Assembly (NCBI GenBank): GCA_963776275.1
Contig: CAVZMI010000027.1
Location: 1 to 64,000 of the forward strand
Length of the DNA: 64,000 nt
Direction: 5' to 3'
From: Ignavibacteriota bacterium
GTDB taxonomy: Bacteria; Bacteroidota; Ignavibacteria; UBA10030; CAVZMI01
The notes under the pieces were generated by a model. The model saw nothing but the letters and a program-made list of their open reading frames with translations, did no database searches and was not told the DNA's origin. How positions within the stretch are numbered: the first letter of the stretch is position 1; each line of letters starts with the position of its first letter. The position numbers were made by a program, and so were the translations under genes. Below, piece after piece: positions 53,484-64,000 of the stretch.

Positions 53484-54008
53484 TTAACGTCCTAAATCTC
53501 TAATTTTAGTGTACCAGCGAACAAAAACGCTTCGATTTATGGCCTGGTATATTTTCCATTTCTCAACTTTGGATCCCACATGACTCCTATACGCCATAAC
53601 AAAACGCTTCATTCCCATATGAATCGGGAAAAAGAGGATGAGAGCGCTTACAAAACTTCCGAGAACGACAGTATTATAGAATCGTGTAAGTGGGGCAATG
53701 GGCATATTATATAGGGTCGTCCACATTCCTTTAAGTGCATCAGTGTTTACTAGTAGCGCATATCCCAATCGGTGGAACAGCGGATCAAGCAGATATGCAA
53801 AAAGAGAAAAGAGAGTGAATGAAAAAAGTGCCGAGGATAGATTCACATCAAGGACAAGGATAATCAGCCAGATAAGAATCCCCTGGAGCGTGAATGAAGG
53901 AGATAATCCGATAATTGCACCGAGAGCAAACCCGCCTGCAATCTGGTTTGGTGTTTGCCCTGCACGAAGGATTTTTATGAAATCCCTGATGATTTTAAGC
54001 CAGAACAT
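53484..54008 (-). CDS. TIGR03546 family membrane protein
   Basis: TPNQIAGGFALG, LDPLFHRLGYALL, TRFYNTVVLGSF. Confidence 0.82.
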   Translation of the reverse strand: MFWLKIIRDFIKILRAGQTPNQIAGGFALGAIIGLSPSFTLQGILIWLIILVLDVNLSSALFSFTLFSLFAYLLDPLFHRLGYALLVNTDALKGMWTTLYNMPIAPLTRFYNTVVLGSFVSALILFFPIHMGMKRFVMAYRSHVGSKVEKWKIYQAINRSVFVRWYTKIRDLGR

Positions 54009-54150
54009 TTTTCCCTCTTAATACTCTGTGAATATCGATGATTTTGTACATCTGGGATGATTATGTCCTCTTATTTCAAAAGAAAGAAAAAACCTCCCGA
54101 CCACCGGATAGAGGAAACGTGCTCAGAAGCTATATTGAATAACGATAATC

Positions 54151-56499
54151 TTATCTCATTTCCGGTGGAGGAATTGCCACCTCACTCACTCCCCATGTCA
54201 TATTGGGATCTTCACCCATCTCGAACACCACTATTGCACCCTGGAGAATTTCGTTATGAGTAACATACAGCCGGTTGAGTTGATTGCCGTTTAAAGTTGC
54301 CGACTGTATATATTTGCTTGTGTTCGATACATTCTTGGCTGTTACTATAAAAGGTTTCCCTCCTCCTGTTTCGATCAGTACATTCTCAAAATACGGGTTC
54401 CCGATGATATAAGCGCCTTCTGCAGGATTCACCGGATAGAAGCCGATCGCACTGAAGACATACCATGCGGAGAGTTGTCCGCAGTCATCATTTCCACATA
54501 ATCCTTCGGGTGTATCCTGATACAGACTATCGAGAATATTGCGAATGCGTGATTGCGTTTTCCACGGCATACCGGCATAATCGTACAGATAGGCAATATG
54601 GTGACTCGGTGCGGTTCCGTGTGCATACAAACCGAGCAAACCGGTAATTTCAGACGATGGATTATCGCCTGTAATTGTTGGTTCTTGCTCGAACAGCTCA
54701 TCGAGTTTTTCAACGAACCGTTCCTGCCCACCCATTAATCCTATCAACCCACGAATATCGTGCGGGACAAACCACGTGTATTGCCATGCCGTGGCGGACG
54801 TATAATCGTCATTACGACTGGCAGAGAATCGTGGGTCAAATGGATCTTTCCAAGAACCGTCGGAAAGCTTTGGCCGCATAAACCCAGATCCACGATCATA
54901 AACATTCTTGTAATATCCGGCACGCTTGAGAAATTCCGAATAATCATCTACGTTCCCAAGAACTTTCGCCAACTGTGCTATACACCAGTCATCGAAGGCA
55001 AAATCTAATGTTTTAGATACCGACTCGATTTCTTTATCAGCCGGTATGAAACCATTTTTGACATATTGATCCAGATCGGACTCGGATCGTGTCGCTTTTT
55101 GTTTCAACATCGCGTATGCTTCCTCGATATTGAACGAACGGATGCCTTTGAGATACGCATCCACAATGACAGGAGCCGTGTAATTTTCACTTGCTCCGTG
55201 TATTTCATTCCCGAACAAAGGCCATGAAGGTAATGTGCCTGCTTCTCGACAGAAGGCAAGGAGCGACTGGATCATATCGCCAACCTTGTCTTTTTGCAGT
55301 ATTGTCAAAAGTGGATGTTCTGCGCGGTATGTATCCCAGAGTGAAAAGGTCGAGTAGTGCGTGTATTCCCGCGCGATATGGATTGCACCATCTGCTCCAC
55401 GATAATTCCCATCGATATCAGAATCGATGACCGGTGCAAGCATGGTATGATATAGTGCTGTATAGAAGATTCGCTTTGCTACGAGATCCAGCGTTTCGAT
55501 TTTTATTTTACTAAGCTCTTTCGACCACCTTACCTTTGCTGCTTCCCGGATTGCATCGAAATCCCATCTGGGGACTTCTCTATCCAGATTTTTCAATGCT
55601 CCTTCATAACTGACAAAGGAAATTCCGACTTTGATTATAAGCGGATCACCCGGTGATGTGCTGTACTTGAATACACCCTTTACATTCCGACCTGTCAGCG
55701 AGCGGTTCCCGACGCCGAGTGTACGTCCGACACCTAGTGCAAATTTCTTAAACGGTTTCGAAAATTTCGCGATAAAAAAAACTTTTTGATCGTTTGCATA
55801 TCCAGTCGAGAACCTGTATCCGCTGATTACACTGTCATTGTCGACATTCATTCGTGTTTCAGTCGGTTGATCACTATTGATCGAAAATCCAAGGTCTATT
55901 AACACCACGGAATTATCGCTGCGAGGGAATGTATAGCGATGAACCCCGCACCGTTGCGTAGCGGTTAATTCCACATCAACATTATAATCGGTCAAGAGAA
56001 CCCGATAATATCCCGGCGATGCTTCTTCATTTTGATGAGAGAAACGCGAGCGAAGATCCCGTCTCGGAAAATCAATGACATTTGCGTCAAATGAAACAAC
56101 ACCGACCGACGGCATAAAAAGAATATCATAGAGCTCGCCAAAATTTGTCCCGCTTAGATGCGTATGACTGAACCCTGCAATCACCGAATCGCGATAATAA
56201 TATCCAGAGCACCAATCCGGGCCACTTCGACCGTTATCAGGACTCAACTGTACCATTCCGAATGGGACTGTTGCCCCTGGGTACGTATGACCGCCAGAAG
56301 TCCCTATCATCGGATCGACGTATGTAACCGGATCTTCACTCCCCAGCCGCTGGCTATACGAAACACCGAGAACACACTGCAATACTAATCCTATTACACC
56401 CACTACAAATACAAGAAAACCTATTTTTTTGAATAATGTGTTCATCGTGCACTCCCTTATCATGAAAACAATCGCTGTAATGAAGACTGCTTCCTTCAA
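54151..56499 (-). CDS. GH92 (alpha-mannosidase family) protein
   Basis: YVDPMIGT, PGATVPFGMVQLSPD, FSHTHLSGT, FSLWDTYRA, GNDDCGQLSAW. Probable start ~56445 (MNTLFKK + signal). Confidence 0.92.
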   Translation of the reverse strand: MKEAVFITAIVFMIRECTMNTLFKKIGFLVFVVGVIGLVLQCVLGVSYSQRLGSEDPVTYVDPMIGTSGGHTYPGATVPFGMVQLSPDNGRSGPDWCSGYYYRDSVIAGFSHTHLSGTNFGELYDILFMPSVGVVSFDANVIDFPRRDLRSRFSHQNEEASPGYYRVLLTDYNVDVELTATQRCGVHRYTFPRSDNSVVLIDLGFSINSDQPTETRMNVDNDSVISGYRFSTGYANDQKVFFIAKFSKPFKKFALGVGRTLGVGNRSLTGRNVKGVFKYSTSPGDPLIIKVGISFVSYEGALKNLDREVPRWDFDAIREAAKVRWSKELSKIKIETLDLVAKRIFYTALYHTMLAPVIDSDIDGNYRGADGAIHIAREYTHYSTFSLWDTYRAEHPLLTILQKDKVGDMIQSLLAFCREAGTLPSWPLFGNEIHGASENYTAPVIVDAYLKGIRSFNIEEAYAMLKQKATRSESDLDQYVKNGFIPADKEIESVSKTLDFAFDDWCIAQLAKVLGNVDDYSEFLKRAGYYKNVYDRGSGFMRPKLSDGSWKDPFDPRFSASRNDDYTSATAWQYTWFVPHDIRGLIGLMGGQERFVEKLDELFEQEPTITGDNPSSEITGLLGLYAHGTAPSHHIAYLYDYAGMPWKTQSRIRNILDSLYQDTPEGLCGNDDCGQLSAWYVFSAIGFYPVNPAEGAYIIGNPYFENVLIETGGGKPFIVTAKNVSNTSKYIQSATLNGNQLNRLYVTHNEILQGAIVVFEMGEDPNMTWGVSEVAIPPPEMR

Positions 56500-56731
56500 T
56501 TTCCAGTTGATCCAGGTGCAGAGTGGGCAGATGTTAAATGCCTGTTTTTCATGCTTACCTTGAATTTACTAACTGTTTCAATCTCAATCAACTACATACC
56601 TTGTAACATCAAGAATCCCGATAAAGATGTGGAAATTTTCGCGGAACCGAAAAAGTCACATTTCCCCTCAAAATAGCAAGATTTCCAGTAAGTTATATCT
56701 ATTTCGCTCGTCAGTGTATCTGTTCCCATAA

Positions 56732-57844
56732 CTATTCTTCATTGTCCAGATAACGTAATGCATAAGCGTAGGCACCAATAGAAACGGCTGTACTCGTGCC
56801 AAGACGTGTTGTCCCGACTCCGATTCTTTGCAGCGGATCATACGCGATGGTTTTCGCCGTTCCGGGAACTCTAATAGTTCGCTCATCAACACGGATAAAT
56901 GCGTTAAGTTCTTCCGGGTTGTCAAGATTGAATGCCTGTGTTTCAAGTCGTCTGACACTCCCTCCATTCACCTGGTCAAAACGGCTGTTGAGCTCTACAA
57001 CAACTCTTGGCATAAAAAGTTCGGCAGCACCGGCAAGTCCTCCTCCGATGACAATAATCCCGTCGACCAGAGTGATAGCGTTGGCAAGGGCATCGCCAAC
57101 TACTTCGCCCATCATGTGGAATGCTTCCCTTGCAGCTGCCATATTCCCTTCCGCTTCCCCTCTCGCTATACGAAAAAGTTGTTTCGGTTCAGGTACCGAT
57201 TCATCCGGGACACCCACAGCTGATGCATAGAACCTTTTCACGCCACGGATGGATGCACCCTCCTCGGCATTGAGATTCTTCTCAAATTTATTGCGCATGA
57301 GCCAGATTTCGCCCGCCGCCGAATTATCCCCGACGACCAGATTTCCATCAATTACAATTCCTCCTCCGAAACCGGTACCTAGTGTTATACCAAAGAGATT
57401 CCAAAAACGCTTTGAGCTTCCAGCATTTTCAAGTAATCGATTCACTTCTGGTAGAAGGCCGGCAATCGCTTCACCAAATACAAACAGGTTACCATCATTA
57501 TTAATAAAAACCGGCAGAGAAAATTTCTCCTCTAGGAAAGATCCCAACGCAACTCCCCCCCGGAATGCCGGGAGATTGCCGAGATCACCAATGATCCCTC
57601 TGGGATAATCTGCCGGCCCGGGAAATGCGAAACTGATCGCGACAGGATCTTTCTTGAGAATATCCCGTACCTGGGTGAAACCATGCGTGATGGTGTTAAG
57701 ACACAGCTCAAGATTATCGGCATGGGAAGGAAAGGTAATCGGTGTAACTATTTCTTTATTAGCCTGGATCGCAGAGAATACAAAATTTGTTCCTCCTGCA
57801 TCCAGCGTCATCACAATACGCTCATCACTTTCGTACTGTCTCAT
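56732..57844 (-). CDS. ROK family sugar kinase
   Basis: TLDAGGTN, FAFPGPADY, INNDGN, TLGTGFGGG, AGEIW. Confidence 0.9.
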   Translation of the reverse strand: MRQYESDERIVMTLDAGGTNFVFSAIQANKEIVTPITFPSHADNLELCLNTITHGFTQVRDILKKDPVAISFAFPGPADYPRGIIGDLGNLPAFRGGVALGSFLEEKFSLPVFINNDGNLFVFGEAIAGLLPEVNRLLENAGSSKRFWNLFGITLGTGFGGGIVIDGNLVVGDNSAAGEIWLMRNKFEKNLNAEEGASIRGVKRFYASAVGVPDESVPEPKQLFRIARGEAEGNMAAAREAFHMMGEVVGDALANAITLVDGIIVIGGGLAGAAELFMPRVVVELNSRFDQVNGGSVRRLETQAFNLDNPEELNAFIRVDERTIRVPGTAKTIAYDPLQRIGVGTTRLGTSTAVSIGAYAYALRYLDNEE

Positions 57845-57858
57845 GAACGTTCCTTAAA

Positions 57859-59004
57859 TTATGCCCGTCTGGGCGATCTCAACGATACAATGGTAATATA
57901 GACGAGAGCAGACAACGGTACAATAAATCCCGCGACGACATTAACCGCATCAGCGACCGCTCCCATCAGAAGAGGAAGTATGGCACCACCAACAATCGCG
58001 GTGACCATCAGTCCTGATAATTCATTGGTGCGTTCCGGCATTGCATCAACTGTAATTGAAAACACCAGCGGGAATATATTTGCAAAACCGAGCCCGATGA
58101 CAAACATACTGATAACAGCGATGCTTTGAATACCGGTGAAGAGACCGAGGATACCGATGACCGATAGAAGCGATGTAATGATAAAGAATCGTTGTGGTGA
58201 GAGTTTGTCCAATATGATGGATCCGAGAAATCTTCCGGTCATCAAAGCCAAGAAAAAGAGCCCTGTCCCGAGAACACCGAGTGTCGAGATATCGACTCCG
58301 AATGTTTTTTCCAGATAGAGCGGGATACCGGCACTCATGCACACTTCTGCTCCGACATAGACAAAAATTGCTATGACCATCATAAGAACGAATTTATTTT
58401 TTAAAAGCGCAAAACAGGATGAAAAGCTGGCTGGAGGCGCATTCTCCTTCTTCTGTTCCTCCACTTTCATGGTCGACACAAAAAGAATTGTAATAAGAAT
58501 TGCGATGCTATAAATCGGAAAAAGGATTTCCCAGCTGCTTGCGAACCATGCTGCCGCCAGCGCCGGAATAACCGGCCCGGAGAGTGAACCAATGGCTTTA
58601 ATAAATTGCCCGAGCGACAGATTGCGGGAATATTTTCCCGGTGGCGAGACATCGCGCATAATTGGATTTCCGGCGACCTGAAGTATCGTAGCACCGGCAC
58701 CTAACAGGAGTACCGTCAGAAGAAACAGCACATATGATGAAAGTCCAAAAATCGGGATGAGAAGTCCGAGCAGCGCAACGGTTAAACCGGATAGAAGAAT
58801 AAACCTCTTCCCCTTCTTATCCTGCACCAGACCCATCGGTACAGAGAGAATGCCAAACATAATAAACCCCATGAATGCAATGAACTGGGCTTCGATGTTC
58901 GTGAGGTGAAAATTATTCTTTGCTAATCCGACAAAGGGACCGACAGCATCGCCGAATCCCATGACGAGAAAAGCGAGAAACACCGGCAGTGTCTTAGATT
59001 TCAT
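57859..59004 (-). CDS. MFS sugar transporter (FucP/GluP-like)
   Basis: ~12 TM, LQVAGNP, YVGAEV, AIVGGAILP. Confidence 0.9.
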   Translation of the reverse strand: MKSKTLPVFLAFLVMGFGDAVGPFVGLAKNNFHLTNIEAQFIAFMGFIMFGILSVPMGLVQDKKGKRFILLSGLTVALLGLLIPIFGLSSYVLFLLTVLLLGAGATILQVAGNPIMRDVSPPGKYSRNLSLGQFIKAIGSLSGPVIPALAAAWFASSWEILFPIYSIAILITILFVSTMKVEEQKKENAPPASFSSCFALLKNKFVLMMVIAIFVYVGAEVCMSAGIPLYLEKTFGVDISTLGVLGTGLFFLALMTGRFLGSIILDKLSPQRFFIITSLLSVIGILGLFTGIQSIAVISMFVIGLGFANIFPLVFSITVDAMPERTNELSGLMVTAIVGGAILPLLMGAVADAVNVVAGFIVPLSALVYITIVSLRSPRRA

Positions 59005-59136
59005 GGAGCCTCCGTATAGTTATCGACTACTCTGGGAATGTGCAAAGCAGGTAATCACAAATAAGATAACAGAAATCATAATAGAAACAAAGAATACGTG
59101 GGAGTCTTCTTGTGCAGGTTATATGACAGGTAAAAA

Positions 59137-59676
59137 CTATTTATTTTCAAATAACTTTTTGAGTTTTGGTGTGATAACAAGTCTGCAATAGGGGGCCTCA
59201 GGATTGACCTTGTAGTAATCCTGATGATAGTTTTCTGCGGGGTAGAAGTTGGTCAGCGGGAGTATCTCCGTCACTATCGGGTCGTGAAAATTCTTCTGAG
59301 CATCAACTTTTATCTTTTCTGCGAGATGTTTCTGATTTTCATCGTGATAGAAAATAACCGAACGGTACTGTGTCCCGATGTCTGCACCCTGCCGATTAGG
59401 GGTAGTCGGGTCATGACATTCCCAGAAGATGTGAAGTAACCGTTCATAACTTATTTTGGCTGGATCATATGCAATTTGGACTACTTCAGCATGACCTGTT
59501 CTTCCCGTGCAGACTTCCTCATAACCGGGATTTGGAACCGTTCCACCTGAATATCCGGACACAACGGATTTTACACCATCAAGCCGTTCAAAAACGGCTT
59601 CAGTACACCAAAAACACCCGGCACCAAAAGTCGCCTTTTCTGATTTTGACATCTGGTCTTTTCCCAAATAAATCAT
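59137..59676 (-). CDS. msrA: Peptide-methionine (S)-S-oxide reductase
   Basis: GAGCFWC, GHAEVV, GTQYRS, AENYHQDY. Start probably MSKSE (~59652). Confidence 0.95.
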   Translation of the reverse strand: MIYLGKDQMSKSEKATFGAGCFWCTEAVFERLDGVKSVVSGYSGGTVPNPGYEEVCTGRTGHAEVVQIAYDPAKISYERLLHIFWECHDPTTPNRQGADIGTQYRSVIFYHDENQKHLAEKIKVDAQKNFHDPIVTEILPLTNFYPAENYHQDYYKVNPEAPYCRLVITPKLKKLFENK

Positions 59677-59867
59677 TTATAAAAGCAGTATACCTGTTAT
59701 GGATGGAATGAAACCCAAAGAGTGTCCCTCCTTCTGTTACACCTCTATAACCCTGATATCGAAGAAGAGGTTCCATCTTCGATGATTGCATAGTAATGAG
59801 AATTATTTTTATCATTGATACTTCACTCATTACAGACGAGAAAGATAGTACAATTATTGGGGGGCCC

Positions 59868-60854
<987 letters not shown>

Positions 60855-60977
60855 TGCATGTCCTTTCTCTATAAAAAATGCGAAAAATTTTCCGTATTTT
60901 TTAAACCTTACTCTAATAACGTAAAAAAGAAGTGATAGGTTCTAAGAGTTATAAAATTGTATGATAAAATAAAGACA

Positions 60978-61009
60978 AAAAAGCCTCCGCAGCTGCATGG
61001 GAGGCTTTC
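60978..61009 (-). terminator. Rho-independent terminator after fba
   Basis: AAAGCCTCC...GGAGGCTTT stem with a T run on the minus strand. Confidence 0.7.
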
Positions 61010-61044
61010 GTATACTCTATCATTTGTCCGATGACAAATCGGAA

Positions 61045-62037
61045 TTATGCTTTGTTGGCGCTTCCTAGAACGTTGATAATTTTGTGTTTGTACAATTCTT
61101 TCAGTTGATCACGGGCAGGTCCGAGATATTTGCGCGGATCGAATTCTGCAGGATTGTCAACCATGGCCTTCCGGACTGCTGCCGTCATAGCCAGACGCCC
61201 GTCTGAATCGATGTTGATTTTACACACGGCCGAAGCTGCGGCCCGGCGTAGTTGTTCTTCCGGAATACCGACGGCATCTTTCAGCTTTCCACCGTTGCTG
61301 TTGATGATTCTTACAAGCTCTGCAGGGACAGAAGACGCTCCGTGCAACACAATCGGAAAACCGGGAATCCTTTTTTCACATTCTTCAAGAATGTCAAAAC
61401 GGAGCGGCGGCGGAATAAGCACACCGTCTGCCGTCCGTGTGCACTGCTCGGGTTTGAATTTGTTCGCACCGTGAGATGTTCCAATGGAGATCGCAAGCGA
61501 GTCGACTCCGGTCTTCTTCACAAAATCTTCTACTTCTTCCGGTTTCGTATAGTGCGTCACAGCGCTGGAAACCGCGTCTTCAATACCGGCCAGAACTCCC
61601 AGCTCGCCTTCCACAGAAACATCGAATTTGTGAGCGTATTCGGCCACCTGTCTCGTAAGCTCTACATTCTTGTCGTACGGGTGGTGCGATCCGTCGATCA
61701 TCACGGAAGAGAATCCCGATTCGATGCACGATTTACACAATTCGAAGGTGTCGCCATGATCAAGATGCAGAACAATCGGAATGGGAAACCCCAACTCTTT
61801 TGCATAATCGACAGCCCCTTTTGCCAGGTGCTTCAGGAGTATTTGGTTGGCATATTTACGGGCGCCACTCGATACCTGAAGAATAACCGGCGATTTCGTT
61901 TCTACGCATGCGCCTATAATTGCCTGCAACTGCTCAAGGTTATTGAAATTGAAAGCCGGAATAGCGTACCCGCCTTTTATAGCTTTCTGAAAAAGGGCTT
62001 TAGAATTTACTAATCCCAGATCTTTATAATGAACCAT
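61045..62037 (-). CDS. fba: Class II fructose-1,6-bisphosphate aldolase
   Basis: LHLDHG, SVMIDGSH, VEGELG, GTSHGA, VLHGASS, KINIDSD, FDPRKYL. Confidence 0.95.
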   Translation of the reverse strand: MVHYKDLGLVNSKALFQKAIKGGYAIPAFNFNNLEQLQAIIGACVETKSPVILQVSSGARKYANQILLKHLAKGAVDYAKELGFPIPIVLHLDHGDTFELCKSCIESGFSSVMIDGSHHPYDKNVELTRQVAEYAHKFDVSVEGELGVLAGIEDAVSSAVTHYTKPEEVEDFVKKTGVDSLAISIGTSHGANKFKPEQCTRTADGVLIPPPLRFDILEECEKRIPGFPIVLHGASSVPAELVRIINSNGGKLKDAVGIPEEQLRRAAASAVCKINIDSDGRLAMTAAVRKAMVDNPAEFDPRKYLGPARDQLKELYKHKIINVLGSANKA

Positions 62038-62176
62038 GACTTTTCACAATTATATTGATAGAAAATGATTTACTCTGAAATATAATGAAAAAAGAAGATT
62101 ATGACAAGTTCGGATCGGAATATCGACGATTGAAGCCGCCGTTTTCAAACGCCCCTTCAGAACCAATGTTTCATTA

Positions 62177-63781
62177 TTAATTTATTGCACCTTCCACCCT
62201 GTAAAAAACAGCACGAGGTTTTTCTAACATAAAAAGGGGCCTCAATCCCTTATGCGTATTAGTCGTATCTAAAAGATCCTTAAGCTCAGACCTTGTTGAA
62301 GATTCGTATTGACCAAAATACAGGTAATCTACTTTATCCTGTTTAAGTTTATCGATGAACTGATCATATGTCGGGGCAGCAGGAAGCGCGTGAAAATCGA
62401 AGCCTGTCAAATATGCCAGTGCCGGTTTTCTTAATGCTAATATCTTATCCTGATGATCCCCGGGGACCATACTCTTCACCATGATATTTACCTGCCTGCC
62501 TACGGATGCGATATCTGCATCGCTCTGGATAAGAATATAATTCTGACTGAATGACAGGGTGAATGTCCAGAGAAAAAGAGCAACAACGATTGTTGCGATT
62601 ATTTCTTTCGGCCAGAGTCGTGAGAGAGCCCACCGACCCATAAAAAGTGTTTTGAAAGCCAGTGTGAGATACAGTGGTATGAGAAATAGAGAAAACCTTT
62701 CGCTATAAAAAACCACGAGAAGTGTCAGGAATAAAGCAGCATTGATGATGATATAAAAAATTTCGTATCGTGAAGGTTTTGCCGCCACTACTGTTAGAAG
62801 AATCCCGAATAAGACAAAAGCACCGATTTGCCATCCGACGAGGAGCGACATATCGTCACAAAAATGATTATAAATGTTGTTGACAATCGTCCTGCTGAAC
62901 ACCAATGGATCTTTTTTGAACACAGAGAGCATTGAATCGAATTCCTTATCTTTCTTGTACCAGTATCCCTCCCAATCGAGTGTCAATTTATGATACATTT
63001 CGTAACCGACATTAAGATAGTTTTGGTTGTAAAAAAAATCCCCTTTTTCCTTAGAGCAGTACAATCCCCAGGGTGTTATCGTAAGAAGGTATATTGAAAG
63101 AAATATGAGCGCAGCAAAAATTCGCTTCTTCATCGTATAAGCATATAGGAAAACGATCGCCAGTACCCCGATCAAGAGAAAAATCCCGTTGTATCGTGTA
63201 AGATATGCAATTCCGGAGAATAAGCCGGCAAGGCTGGAATTAAGAAATGGGCGAGATTCTATTCCTTGAAGAAGAAAAAATAAGGCACATACGGTAAGTC
63301 CATTAAAGAACATGTCGGTGCCCGCAGAATAGGTGTACTGAACAAATGATGGATTAATCAGGAGAAAGAGTACCACAACCATTGCGAATATATGATTGAA
63401 AATCTTTCTGATAATCTGAAATGAAAGGAAAATGACTACACCCGACGAGATTACCGATATTATAATTCCTGTGTAAAAAAAATCCTGGAAGATAAATGAA
63501 AGAGACGCTAGAACAATCGTATATACAGGTCCTTTGAATGGATCTATAGGGAGATGACCTTTTAGAATTTGTCGTGCCTCCGGTACAAATGACCCAAAGA
63601 AATCTGTCCCCACACCAAAGTCACTGACTCGTTGAAACAACAGACTGATGATCATCATTATCCCGCAATACAAGAGAGGGATAATTATTGCGAGGTTTTT
63701 ATTACAGAGTAATTTAGCCAGGGGGGTAGATGGGATTAGAATATCCAACTCAGGATCTGAGGTATATTGAAACTCACTCAT
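62177..63781 (-). CDS. GT-C fold membrane glycosyltransferase (ArnT/PMT-2-like)
   Basis: Many TM helices; GPVY, TDMFF, YLTRY, ERF..F..P patterns and a soluble C-terminal domain. Confidence 0.7.
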   Translation of the reverse strand: MSEFQYTSDPELDILIPSTPLAKLLCNKNLAIIIPLLYCGIMMIISLLFQRVSDFGVGTDFFGSFVPEARQILKGHLPIDPFKGPVYTIVLASLSFIFQDFFYTGIIISVISSGVVIFLSFQIIRKIFNHIFAMVVVLFLLINPSFVQYTYSAGTDMFFNGLTVCALFFLLQGIESRPFLNSSLAGLFSGIAYLTRYNGIFLLIGVLAIVFLYAYTMKKRIFAALIFLSIYLLTITPWGLYCSKEKGDFFYNQNYLNVGYEMYHKLTLDWEGYWYKKDKEFDSMLSVFKKDPLVFSRTIVNNIYNHFCDDMSLLVGWQIGAFVLFGILLTVVAAKPSRYEIFYIIINAALFLTLLVVFYSERFSLFLIPLYLTLAFKTLFMGRWALSRLWPKEIIATIVVALFLWTFTLSFSQNYILIQSDADIASVGRQVNIMVKSMVPGDHQDKILALRKPALAYLTGFDFHALPAAPTYDQFIDKLKQDKVDYLYFGQYESSTRSELKDLLDTTNTHKGLRPLFMLEKPRAVFYRVEGAIN

Positions 63782-64000
63782 ATGATCCCTCTCCCGAAAA
63801 GATGATTGGATAGAAAATGTCTTTCCCGCATCTCGACATAAATATCTATTACTTTCCTCCCCCTGTCAATCTATGATAATATCGGAAGGTTATATCCCGA
63901 ATTCAATATCTAAATATGAAGGGAGGAATTATGGTACATCTGGATAATCTATCTCTCATCTACGATATACCAACAGCGGCATTCCTGAGTAGATCAACCA

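Overview
Bacterial DNA, most consistent with an Ignavibacteria/Bacteroidota-related (FCB group) organism, inferred from a T9SS-type C-terminal motif, Bacteroidota-type ABC permeases, GH92 and a TANFOR-like protein. The window has two halves. Positions ~1-41.6 kb are accessory and mosaic. They hold a sigma-54-controlled ABC exporter with its two-component system, an AT-rich PBP1A island between ~170-bp direct repeats, and an uncharacterised six-gene glycyl-radical-enzyme (GRE) locus. They also hold a Trp/Cys-rich protein + DUF1360 + MSCCG cassette, and three copies of the comM/yifB 3' end separating cargo blocks (a serine hydrolase followed by an attC-like site, and a giant TANFOR-like/FN3 cluster). 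A REP-flanked Y1 transposase and a REP-invaded four-helix-bundle gene close this half. Positions ~41.8-64 kb are intact housekeeping genes: nuoGHI, an aminotransferase, an M16 peptidase, serC/serA/DUF1015, TIGR03545/6, GH92, ROK, MFS, msrA, an aldo/keto reductase, fba and a GT-C glycosyltransferase. All frameshifts I found lie in the accessory half and may be sequencing errors. Best novel-system candidates: the GRE-SCP2-metallophosphoesterase-membrane-pair operon, the comM 3'-end cargo ladder, and the Trp-rich/DUF1360 cassette. All family assignments come from motif recognition by eye, not database searches.
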